A DNA stretch of 63,683 nucleotides, counting the filler, from Chrysochromulina tobinii (lineage: Eukaryota): the NCBI GenBank assembly GCA_001275005.1. It is 5 parts of 5 records of this genome, joined end to end, with 100 filler letters (N's around TTAATTAATTAA, not from the genome) between each part and the next. Parts side by side here need not be neighbours in the genome. Positions count along the whole stretch, not along the records: positions 19,041 to 43,013 come from JWZX01001015.1; 4 more parts are not named here. One strand, given 5' to 3'. Position 1 is the first letter of the stretch; each line of letters opens with the position of its first letter. Below the pieces are notes generated by a model. That model was not told the origin of the DNA, made no database searches, and saw only the letters and a program-made list of their open reading frames with translations. Of this stretch, positions 21,119-32,204 are shown one piece after another. A program made the translations under genes and the position numbers.

Positions 21119-24100
21119 ATGCGCCTGCTCGCACGACTACCTCAGCTCCATCTCTCGCTCAATCTCACGAGTGAGGAGCGTGACGAGGGTCGCCGCGAGC
21201 TCGAGCTCCTCTTCGGCTCGGAGACGCACGCTGACGATGAGGTCGAGCATGACGAGGTGGACGCCGCCGATCAGGGACGCGGCGAGGCTGATGGAGAAGA
21301 AAAGGACGCGCTCGACGAGGCTGAAGTGATGGAGCCCGTCGTTGATGGGATTGACTGCGACGGTGCCGACGTGCAAGAGACGATGGCTGCTCTTGCTGCT
21401 GCGGATGCGGCAGCGAGTGCTGCAGAGGCGGCCGCGCTGTCGGCCGCCGAGGTGGACGTGATCCAGCACACGTCCGACGCAGCCGAGGCCGCGGCGGCGG
21501 CGGCGGCGGAGCAGGAAATGGCAGCTGAGGAGGAGGCGCTGCTCCATCCCGATTGCGCCTTGCAGGCGGTCTGGGCGCGCGTGGACACTTCAGACGTGGA
21601 CGACTTTGCATCTCGCGTGCCTCGGCCGGCGATCACGTATCCGTTCGAGCTGGACGAGTTCCAAAAGCGAGCGGTGGTGCGGCTCGAGCAGAACGAGGAC
21701 GTGTTCGTGTGCGCGCACACCTCCGCCGGCAAGACGGTTGTCGCCGAGTACGCCGTCGCGCTTGCCCTCCGTCACAGGACGCGGGCGGTGTACACGTCGC
21801 CTGTGAAGGCCCTGTCGAACCAAAAGTTCAGAGAGCTGCGGCAGCGCTTCGGCGAGGCGGCGGTGGGGCTGCTCACGGGCGACGCCTCCATCCAGCCCCT
21901 GGCACCGTGCCTCATCGTCACGACGGAGATCCTACGAGGTATGATCCAGCGCCGCTCGGCGCTCATTGACGAGATCGAGTTCGTCATCTTTGATGAGGTG
22001 CACTACATCAACGACATCGAGCGCGGGGTGGTGTGGGAGGAGACGATCATCAGGTGATTGGCCCAAATCGGCGGCCTCTGATTCCATCCGGGGGCCTCTG
22101 ATTCCATATGCAGATGCACCCCGTCCCTTCCTTCACTATTTCTAATCGAGCCCTGATCGATCCCTAATTACACCCCTTCCTTCACTATCTCGAATCGAGC
22201 CCTGATCGATCCCTAATCGATCCCTAATGAGTCATTTCCGCCCCCCCCACTACTCGAATCCGCAGCCTGCCGCCTTCGTGCCGCGTCGTCTGCCTCTCTG
22301 CCACCGTCCCCAACCCTCTCGAATGTGCCTCGTGGATTGGGCTGACCAAGCAGCGCCTCGTACACGTCATCACCACGGAGAGGCGCCCGACGCCGCTACG
22401 TCACTGTGTGTACGCCGGTGGGCGGCTCTGGCAGCTCGTCGGCGAAGATCGATCCTTCGACCATGCGTGCTATGCCCAGGTACTCCTTGATTGCGCTTCA
22501 TTGCGATTGATTGCGCTTGATTGCGATCGATCCTTCGATCATGCGTGCTATGCCCAGGTACTCCTTGATTGCGCTTGATTGCGCTGATTGCGCTTGATTG
22601 AGATTGATTGCGCTGGATTGTGCTTGATTGCGCTTGATTGCGATCGATCCTTCGACCATGCGATGCCCAGGCGGCGAAGGCACACAAGCTCCATAGAGGC
22701 GACGGAGGAGGAGGCAAGGGCGGCGGCAAGGGCGGCGGCAAGGGCGGCGGCAGGGGCGGCGGCAGCGGCGGCGGCGGCGGCGAGGAGTATTGGGTGTCGC
22801 TGCTGAGTATGCTTCAGCGCGAGAATCTCTTACCGGCGGTGGTCTTCTCCTTCTCAAAGGCACGCTGCGATGAGATCGCGTTTGGGCTCGCTGGCCGACT
22901 CCATCAGCTGAGTAGCGTGGCCGAGAGCGCCGAGGTGGGCACCTTCTTCGACGCGTGCCTCGAGCGCATCCGGCCTGAGGAGCGCTCGCTTCCACAGCTG
23001 GTACGCCTTGGATGGCCTCGGATGGCCTCTGATGGCCTCTGCTTGCCATTGAATGGCTTCCGCATGGCTTGGGGCGGCAGGTGCGATCTCCCTTGATTGC
23101 GCTTGATTGAATGGCCTCCGCATGGCTTGGGGCGGCAGGTGCGATCTCCCTTGATTGCGCTTGATTGCGGCAGGTGCGAGCAAAGGAGCTGCTGCTGTGC
23201 GGCGTGGGTGTGCACCACTCGGGGATGCTGCCCCTCGTGCGCGAGATTGTCGAGATGCTCTTCTCGCGCAATCTCCTCAAGGTGCTCTTCGCCACGGAGA
23301 CGTTTGCGATCGGTGTGAACATGCCCGCGCGCTCCGTGATCTTCAACGGCGTGCGCAAGAACGATGGGCGCTCCTTCCGCGAGCTATGGGCTGGCGAGTA
23401 CGTCATTGGTTGCCCATTGATTTCGTCATTGATTGCCCATTGATTGCGTCATTGGTTGCAATCAGAGCTATGGGCTGGCGAGTACGTCATTGGTTGCGTC
23501 CTCTGATTGCGTCATTGATTGCAATCAGAGCTCTGGGCTGGCGAGTACGTCCTCTGATTGCCCATTGATTGCGTCATTGGTTGCAATCAGAGCTATGGGC
23601 TGGCGAGTACGTCATTGGTTGCCCATTGATTGCGTCATTGATTGCGTCATTGATTGCCTCTTGATTGCCTCTTGATTGCCTCTTGATTGCCGGTTGATGG
23701 GTTCGCTCTTCAGGTACACACAGATGAGCGGGCGGGCGGGCCGTCGCGGCATCGACGCCCACGGCATAGTGATCATTGCCGGGGATGAGCTGATCGATCC
23801 CTCCCGCCTCGAGGCGATCATTCTCGGGCAGCCTCCCAAATTAGTGTCGCAATTCGGGATGACCTACTCGATGCTCCTCAACCTGATCCGAAGCCCAGAT
23901 CGCACGAGCTACGCGCAGATGATCTCCCAGTCGTTCGCGTCGTATCGGGCGCGCACGGCCTCGGCGCAGCTGCACTCAGCACGCGCTCGCCTCGAGGCGC
24001 AGCTGGCGGCGCTGCCGCTGCCGACGCCGACGCCGCGCCGCGCGTTGCTTCGGGCAGCTGACGACGCGGAGATGGCGAGCTCGACAATCTCACGTGGAGC

Positions 24101-27100
24101 TGCCGACGCGGAGATGGCGAGCTCGACAATCTCACGCGGAGCTGCCGACGCCGATGCTGCTGTTGAGAGCGGTGGCGGAGGCACGGTGACCATTGAGCGC
24201 CAAGATGAGCGCGCGACCCTCGCCACGTATTATGATCTGCTCGAGGCCGCGACCAACACGGCGCTCGACCTGATCCGCGCCGCACGCAGCCTCCCCGGGG
24301 GGGGCCGGCGCCTTCTGCCGTCGGGTCGAGTGGTGGTTACACGGGATGTCGGGGACGCCCGGGACGGCGCCGTGGTACGGCCGCGCTTGGCATTGCTGCT
24401 GACGGCGATGACCGAAGACCTGCCGCCGCCGCCACCACATGCATCGCCCCAGACGCTACCGGTGCTAGGGGGGCCTCTGCCGCATGCCACGCGGGAGGAG
24501 GAGGAGGAGGCAGCGTCGCCGCCGGTGCCGCAGGTGCCGCCGCCGGAGCCTCCGTCGGTGCATGCAAGTGCTCACCACGGCGCTCCCCTCTCTCCCCCCC
24601 CACAGGTACCGCCGCGCGCCTCGTCTGCGCCGGCGTCGATGCCGGCGGCGCCCACAACGGCGGCTACCGGTACCGCGGACGCAGCAACCGAGGCCACCAA
24701 ACCCGCGGCTGCCGCCCGGCTGCGCTGCCTGATCGCGTCGCAGGAGAACGGCGCGTCGCCGCATCCCCTCGATGGGTTTGGAGTGGCGCCACGTGTCCAC
24801 GCGCGCCCGCCATGGCGCCCACCGACGCGCCTCGCGTGCGGCTCGGGCGCCGTGGTGGGCGCCATGATGGGCGGCGGCAATCAGGGCGCCATGGTGGGCG
24901 GCGGTTATGAGGGCGCGGATGGCAAGGACGGCGGCGCTGGAGGCGATGAAGGCGATGAAGGCGCCGTGGTGGGCGGGTGCGGCGGACGCATCGCCGGGCG
25001 CCGTGGTGGGCGCGGCGCTGGCCGCGGCGGGCGTGGCGGCCGCGGTGCCTCCGCTTGCACTGTTGTGCATCTCCCGGGTGCCTCCGCCGCCGCGGCCTCC
25101 TCCGCTCCGTCAATGACCTGGGAGATAGTGGAGATCGAGGCATCACACATCATCGCTCTGAGTACGCTGCGGCTCAACGTCCCTCAGTCCCTCGCGACCG
25201 CGACGGCGCTCGACCTCGCCAGTGTGGGCGCTGAGACGGGCGCTCACCATGGCGCCGCGCTGCTCAAGCTCGCTCAACAACTCTCTCTCCTCCAACGCAA
25301 GCATCGCTTCCTACCGGTGCCTCTCATCGACCCGATCGCCGACGTGCACTTCAGCGCCCAGCCCACCTCAGCTTGCGAAGTGACAGCCGCCGCCTCCGCC
25401 TCCGCCTCCGCCTCCGCCGCCGCCGCCGCCGCCGCCGCCGCCCCCGCCGAAAAAGGGCGGGGCGGTCGTAGCGGCCGTGGGCTGGGCGTCGTGGTGGGCG
25501 GCCGTGGGGGGCGCGGTGGCCGAGGGGTGAGCGTGACGGCGAAGGTGGCGATGGGCGCGACTGACGGAGCGGCCGGCGCCGAGGTGGGCGGCAGCAGCCG
25601 CGTCGGCGATGATGGCGCCGTGGTGGGCGAATCCGACGGCGGTGGCGCCGGGTATCCGTCGCCTCTGGCCGCGATGGTCGCCCGTCTCTCGCGTTCTCTT
25701 CAGGAGCATCGCTCCGCCCTCCAAGCCCACCCGTACAGCTCGCACGCCGAGATTGCAATCCTCATCAGCGCCGAGGCGCAGCGGCGAGCGCTGCTCGGCG
25801 AGATTGCGGAGATCGATCGGGTGAGATTGCGAGATTGCGAGATTGCGAGATTGCGAGATTGCGGAGATCGATCGGGTGTGCGCGGCCAAAGCCGTGCACC
25901 TGCCTTGCATGCATGTGCTCACCACGGCGCCGCCCCTTCCCCACAGGTGTGCGCGGCCAAGGCGGTGCACCTGCTGCCCGGGGCGGCGCGCCGGCTCGCT
26001 GTGCTTGAGCAGCTCGGCTACCTGCTACCTGCCGTCTCCGCAGACGAGTCCGCAGCCGAGTCCGCAGACGAGTCCGCAGACGAGGCTCCGGGCAGCAGGT
26101 TGTCGCTCAAGGGACGCGTGGCATGCGTCCTCACGACGACTGCCGACTCACTCATCTTGACGGAGGCGGTGTGTGATTGCCACTGATTGCCACTGATTCC
26201 CACTGATTGCCACTGACTGCCACTCCTCTTGAAGGAGGCGTGCTCACCACGGCGCCCGCTCGACCTCAGGTGTGTACGGGGCTGCTCCATCCTCTGAGCG
26301 TGCCCGAATGCTGCGCGCTCCTCTCGACCTTCGTGGCCAAAGGGAAGCTCAGGACGGCGCCCAAGCTGCCGCCGGCGCTCGTGGCCGCCCATGAGTCACT
26401 TCTGGTCCTCGCGCGCCGACTCGCTACCTTACAGGTGCAATCGCCGTTGATGGCCCGTTGGTGACCGCTAATTGCCCGATGATGACCGATGATGGCCGCT
26501 GATGACCTCTGATGACCTCTGATGACCTCTGATGACCTTCCTGATGACCTCGGATGACCGCAGATGACCTCTGATGGCCCTCTATGGCCGCTAATTGGCC
26601 GCTGATCGCCGCTGATCGCCGCTGATCGGCCACTGATGACGACTGATGGCGCCTTGTGACGTTTCAGGTCGAGGCGGGAGTGCTCGAGACGACGCCGGAC
26701 GAGCACGTGAGCGCGACGCTCAACACGGCGCTCATGGGTGCCGCGTTCCATTGGGCGAGCGGCGCGAGCTTCGAGGTGGCGTGCCAGCTCACGGATCGGA
26801 GCTGCATGCAAGTGCTCACTACGGCGCCTTCTCTCCCCACAGGTGGCGTGCCAGCACACAGATCTATCCGAGGGCGACGTGGTGCGCATCCTCTCGAGAA
26901 CCGAGGAGCTGTGCAAAGAGGTGTGCGCGCGGCGGCGCGGCGGCGCGGCGGCGGGCGGCGGGGCGGCTGCATGCGAGTGCTCACCACGGCGCCCTCCCCT
27001 CCACACAGGTGCGCGCGGCGGCGCGGCTGCTTGGCGACGCGCTGCTCGCCAAGAAGCTCGACGAGCTGCTCGCGGCCATCCGGCGCGATCTCGTGGCTGC

Positions 27101-27140
27101 CCCCAGCTTGTACACCACCGGCGGGATGGCGGGCTGGTGA
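21119..27140 (+). CDS. SKI2: Ski2/SKIV2L-like DExH-box RNA helicase, 11 exons; 5' end uncertain
   Basis: Motifs [71 protein letters not shown] and a DSHCT tail ([18 protein letters not shown]). Introns: 22054-22265, 22480-22670, 23001-23173, 23398-23713, 24534-24605, 25821-25946, 26169-26269, 26435-26667, 26776-26842, 26921-27008. Confidence 0.9.
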
Positions 27141-28090
27141 TAATAACTGACCACGCGCGCACGCCACCGGGGCAAGCAGAATGATACGAGACCGTAAAGC
27201 GCCGTGCGCCCGGTGGGGGTGCGGCACCGGTACAGCTGTCCGGCTCGGCTGTGTTGTGCATGTCGCGGCGCGTGCTGTACGCGTAAGTCGAGACCATTTA
27301 CCCGCACGAGTACCTCTACTATAATCGTATCGTATGTTATAGATGAATTTCAAGTTGATCCGTCGGACGAGTATCTATTACGTCATGCGTCACGGTCACT
27401 CGACTGGTGCGCGGAGTAAACAACCACGCGGCACACGCAGATCAGATGAGATGCGAACTCCGATCTCCGACGTGATCTCAGATCTGTTCGACGAAGGCGC
27501 GATCCGGTGCGACGCTGCACGCTCCAGCCACAGGCGAACGCCATGCACAGTCGACACAAGTCACAACACACATGGGTCATGCTCGTGGGCAATGAGTTCC
27601 CCATCCGTCGCCGCACACACCAAGACCAACAGAGACCATCCCCCGACCCCTCCCACACAAACTCAAACAGAGACTCCACAAACAAGGGCAGTCGCTGCAC
27701 CAGACACACTGGTTCACTCAAACCCGATTGGCCGGAGGACTCCCACGACATGGTCGGCCCATCCACGATCTCCCACAATCTCCCATAACGGCTCACGAGC
27801 CCGCACCCTTCTTGGCCTTGAGAGCGCGCCGACAATCTCCTTTGGTACTTGTAGTGCTTGACGCACTCCGCCCACCGGCGCGGCAGTCACTTAGGCGAAC
27901 GCAGGCACCGCTGATTGCCTCTGATTGCTCCGGCTCATTGACATAATTGCCGCCCGGAACCGGCATCGCGAGTGCTGTGTGGACTTACGACTTAGTGATA
28001 GTATGGAGTCTCGTGAGGCGTGAGCAATCTGGAAAAGGGCCTCTGCCAGAGGTGTACCGTGAACACGCGGTACGTTCCCAAAAGTCCCCT

Positions 28091-30419
28091 CTAAGACCCC
28101 TTTACCGTCGTGCCCGTGCCCCCACTCCGGGCCGGCGCCAAGGGCGCGCGCCCTCCCTCGCCGCTCGTCAGGAAGTCGACAAAAGCCTTGGCTCGGCGCT
28201 CGACGCTCGCGGCGGGCGGCAGGCCGTCCGCCGGCAGGAACGCGCCGCGCTCAGCGCTGTGCCACTCGGCGAACTCGAGATACGGCAGATCGTGATCTCC
28301 GCACGCCGTGATCTCGGCCTGCAGGAGATAGACGGAGATGAGCCCGACGGCGAAGGTGTAGCGGAGCCGGGGCTCACAAAAGTCGGTAGCGTTGAGAGAG
28401 AGGAGAGAGAGGGTGAGACGCTGGCGCCGAGGCGCGAGCTCGAGCTGCACGAGCACACGACCGAAGGCGCCGGGCAGCTGCACCTCCGCGCTCGCACTCG
28501 GGCCCTCCGCCTCCTCCTCGCCCTCGCCCTCGCTTTCGCCGCTGCCATCATGCTCGCTGCCCTCATCGTCGCCGTCGCCGTCGTCGCTGCCGACGTCCTC
28601 GCCCCCGTCGCCCAGCGCAGCTCGCACGAGCTCGCCCACGAGATCCAATCCCAGCTCATCGGCCTTGGCATGCACCCACTGCCGCATGCACGCGTCCGCG
28701 TTGTGGCCGCCGTGCAAATGGCGCGCCGCCTCCGCCGCCGCATCCACCGCGAGGAGCGACAGTACCCTCGACTGGCGGCGCACCCGGCGCGCTCTGCCGC
28801 CCGCGCGCCGCTCGTCGCCGAGTAGCTGCGCTAGCGAGGGCAGCGGCCGCAGCGTCGCCGCCAGTCCGTGTGCCGCCACGGCGCGCTCGAGCTGCTCGAC
28901 GAATGCCAGCTGCGAGGGGCTCAGCTGGGCGCTCAACACAACGTTCGACTGATCGCTCGCCGCGTCGGCGTCGTGCTGAGCGGCGGCGTGTTGAGCGTCG
29001 TCGTGTTGGGCGTCGTCGTGTTGAGCGGCGTCGTGTTGAGCGGCGTCGTGTTGAGTGGCGTCGTGTTGAGCGGCGTCGGCGTCGGCGCCATGGGCCCCCG
29101 CACTCCGTTCCAACGGTGTCAATGGCCCCAGCATTCCGCCATGGGCCCCCGCAGCATTCCGTTCCAGAAGGAATCGCAGCGGCAGCAGGCGCGCCGCCGC
29201 TGCAGCCGGTCTCGGATCCGACATGTCCAGCCGAGCCGCCCGAACAAAGGCCGCATGCGCGTCGCTCATCAAGCCGAGCGCCTCGAGTGCCCGCGCCGCG
29301 TCGCGGCGTGCGCTCGTTGCGCCGATGGCGCCGCCACCGCGCCCACCGGCCGAGACGGCAGCCGTCGGCGTCGGCGTTGGCGTCAACGGCGGCGTCGGCG
29401 GCGGCGGCGGCGGCGGCGGCGGTGGCGAGGTTGGCGTGACGAAGCGCCGAATGCATGCTCCGAAGCTTGCGCTGTGAAAGGGAGGCGGCGGTGTGAACGG
29501 CGGCGACGGTCGCAGTATCGGTACGCTTGGTGATCGCGCCGACGGCGTCGTAGTAGTGCGCGAGCGCCTGCGACCACTCACCACGGCGCGCGGCCGCATC
29601 GCCCTTTTTCATCGCCGCAGCCAGCACCTCGGCTGAATCGGGTCGGTGGACGGAGCCGCCGCACACTGGGCCGCAGATCGGGCAGTCCATCACTTGCCAG
29701 TCCCCTTGGCCGGAAGGACGCCACGCGACGCCCATCGGTGGCGCCGGCAGACCCGGAGATGCCGCGGGCGGCGCTGGTGTCCGTGGCGGCGGCGGCGGCG
29801 GAGGCGGCGCAGGCGGCGGATGCTCAGGCGCTGTATTGGGCGGATGCGCAGGCGCTGTATCGGGCGGATGCGCAGGCGCGGGCACGGCCTCCACGACTGC
29901 TTCTACCTGCTCGCCACTCTCGAGCACTCGGCCGGCGAGCTGGAGCTGCTCGCGCAGCCGCGGGATGGAGGTCTGCTGGCAGATACCGCAGCGCTCACTG
30001 CCCTCTGGGAGCGCGGCGCCGCAGGTGGCGCAAGGAATCGCGACCAGCGCTCCAAGCCGGATGATGCCTCCGGTGATCGTGCGCAGGCAAGGTCCGCCTG
30101 GACTGCACCCTCGTCGATCCGCTGGCCCTCCCGCCAGCACGCCGACGCGCATCGATAAGAGCTGCTCCACGGCTTGCGTGGAGTGCCCTGGCGCCGCAAA
30201 GGCCTGCGTCGCGTCGCCTCCTGCCACGGAGAGGATGAGCAGCGGGCCGCCGGGATGGCTCTCGAGGAACGACGTGACATCGTAGACGACGCCGCGAACA
30301 ATGATCCAGCAATCACTCGGCCGGCTGTGGGCTGCAACGTCCTTCTCCGAGTAAAAAGCCTCCGTCGTGGGCGGCACGAATCGTGGCGCACGGTCGCCAT
30401 TGTTCAGGGTGTCTCGCAT
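28091..30419 (-). CDS. Cytochrome b5-like heme-binding domain + Cys-pair (zinc-ribbon-like) motifs + TPR-like repeats + unknown C-terminal domain; one apparent frameshift
   Basis: DCWIIVRGVVYDVTSFLESHPGG..GGDATQAF..GHS. CATC..CGIC. TPR-like helices (KGDAAARRGEWSQALAHYYDAV; ARALEALGLMSDAHAAFVRAARLD) lie in two overlapping frames that switch around 29350-29425, a GCC-repeat region. Confidence 0.7.
28970..29080 (-). repeat. Coding 15-bp tandem repeat, (A/T)QHD(A/D) x ~7
   Basis: GCGTCGTGTTGAGCG units on the + strand. Confidence 0.85.
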
Positions 30420-30614
30420 TTTTCGAGAGACACCGCGATCGTCGTGAATGCTCGCCGCAGCGCTCTAATCTCTCTCTCATTGTTGTATTATGCGTATCAG
30501 AAGTACATTACGACGTCGGCATGCTACGGTCCGATTTTCGAATCATCCACCAAGCATCATCTCCAAGACGATTTTACCTAGTATGCGCAGGACGCAGAGA
30601 GGATCTATCCATGA

Positions 30615-31445
30615 TCAATAGTCCCAGACGGATTTCATAAAGCGCATCGCCCAGTTCTGGTAGCCCTCAAGGATGACGAACGCGACGAGGATGTAGCGCA
30701 CGCCGCCCGTGATCGGGTGCCCCCCGTGCAGCACGCCGCCCGCGTGCGCACACACATGGCCACGCTCGATGGGGAGTGAACGGCCGAGCCCCTCGAACCA
30801 AGTGCCGCCGCCCTCGTACTCGGAGCGCGCGTTGAGCGCGACGTTGAACGAGAGCACCGAACCGTCGCGGTGCTTCGACAGAAACGTCTGGCCGCCCGAC
30901 GCATTGTATTTGACAATGAAGGCGTCCGCGACTCGCAGCGCGCGCCAGTTGGGTAGGCTGCTCTCGAAGGCGTGGCCGAGCAAGGGGTAGATGCGGTTGG
31001 GCAGCGCGTCGGAGTTGAGAAACCAGCGCGTCAGTGGCAGCTCGGCGAGCGGGATGTCGGTCGTCGGGTGGTTGAAGTGCCGCTTCGACGTCCAGCCGCC
31101 CGCACGAGCGGCCCACTCCTCCGCCTCGCCGATGATGTATTCGCACTCCTGCGCACTGAGCAGCGGCTCGGCCGTCGTGTGCACGAGACCCACGCCGTCC
31201 GGCCCGGTCACGTGCGAGATCAGAGGAGTCCGGTGCAACGGCGCATCTCGCGGCAGCGGCTCAAAGAGCTTGATCGTCTCCTTGTACGCTTGGTTGTGCC
31301 GCTCAGAGATGGCAAAAGGAGTGCCGCAGCGACGGTGAGAGGCACCTGATGTGTAGGGGAGCTGAAGCGCTGCACGAGTCGGCGTACCCTGTAGCTGCAG
31401 CGCGTGGCCGAAGGCGGCCGAAAGGACGAGGAACTCCGTCCGCAT
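30615..31445 (-). CDS. Fe(II)/2-oxoglutarate dioxygenase (procollagen lysyl/prolyl hydroxylase-like) with an N-terminal signal peptide
   Basis: DAFIVKY, HRD (HxD), FNVALN, HGGHPITGGVRYILVAF. Hydrophobic N-terminus. Intronless. Confidence 0.88.
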   Translation of the reverse strand: MRTEFLVLSAAFGHALQLQGTPTRAALQLPYTSGASHRRCGTPFAISERHNQAYKETIKLFEPLPRDAPLHRTPLISHVTGPDGVGLVHTTAEPLLSAQECEYIIGEAEEWAARAGGWTSKRHFNHPTTDIPLAELPLTRWFLNSDALPNRIYPLLGHAFESSLPNWRALRVADAFIVKYNASGGQTFLSKHRDGSVLSFNVALNARSEYEGGGTWFEGLGRSLPIERGHVCAHAGGVLHGGHPITGGVRYILVAFVILEGYQNWAMRFMKSVWDY

Positions 31446-31923
31446 GAAATCTCCTCGCGATCGAGCTCAAAACCTTCTTTTCGTCACTTCGTCACTTTTG
31501 AGGATCCTTGACCACCAGCGCGCGTGCACCCCCGCCAGATACCGTCCACACACACTCACTCACATTTGCACATGCCATCGCTCGTTCGATCCAACCATCG
31601 CTCCTTTGTGCTTCATGCACCCTGCTGCTCTCGTCGTGAGACCTCCACAGGGTGCGTCGAGTACTAGTCGCGCCAGCGAGCGCTGCTTCCCCCCTGGCTT
31701 CCCCCCAGGCTCCCCCCCGCGCCCCCAATCCTCCACCAGCGCACCGTCGGTGGACGACGTATTCCGCCCCCCCCCCCTCATCGTGAAATTCAGAGGGTAC
31801 TTCCCCTCCCTTCCAGTCGTGGAATTCCAGCACGCGCTTCGAGATCGATCGGTCCGGCGCCGAGTGAACGCCTGACCTCAAGCGATGACCTCAAGTGCAC
31901 CGTTGTCGTCCTGTCCCGAGTCC

Positions 31924-32164
31924 CTATTCGTCCATCTCGGCCGAGAGGCTCTTTCCAGTCCACTTGGACAGCCCGTGGACCGCCGCACCCGCCTCCGATT
32001 GACGAACCGCACCCGCCTCCGATTGACGAACCGCACCCGCCTCCGATTGACGAACCGCACCCGCCTCCGATTGACGAACCGCACCCGCGTCCGATTGACG
32101 AACCGCCGACGCCCCGTCGGCCCCATCGGAGCCGTCGACCCCTTCTGCCACCGCCGCCGCCGCA

Positions 32165-32204
<40 letters not shown>

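Noticed and set aside
24534..27008. Classical TIR/MITE introners with short fixed TSDs
   Set aside because: No terminal inverted repeats are visible and duplication lengths vary widely. Reported instead as a distinct pattern.
27343..27946. ORFs between Ski2 and the cyt b5/TPR gene
   Set aside because: No motifs and atypical composition. Probably convergent 3' UTR or intergenic DNA.
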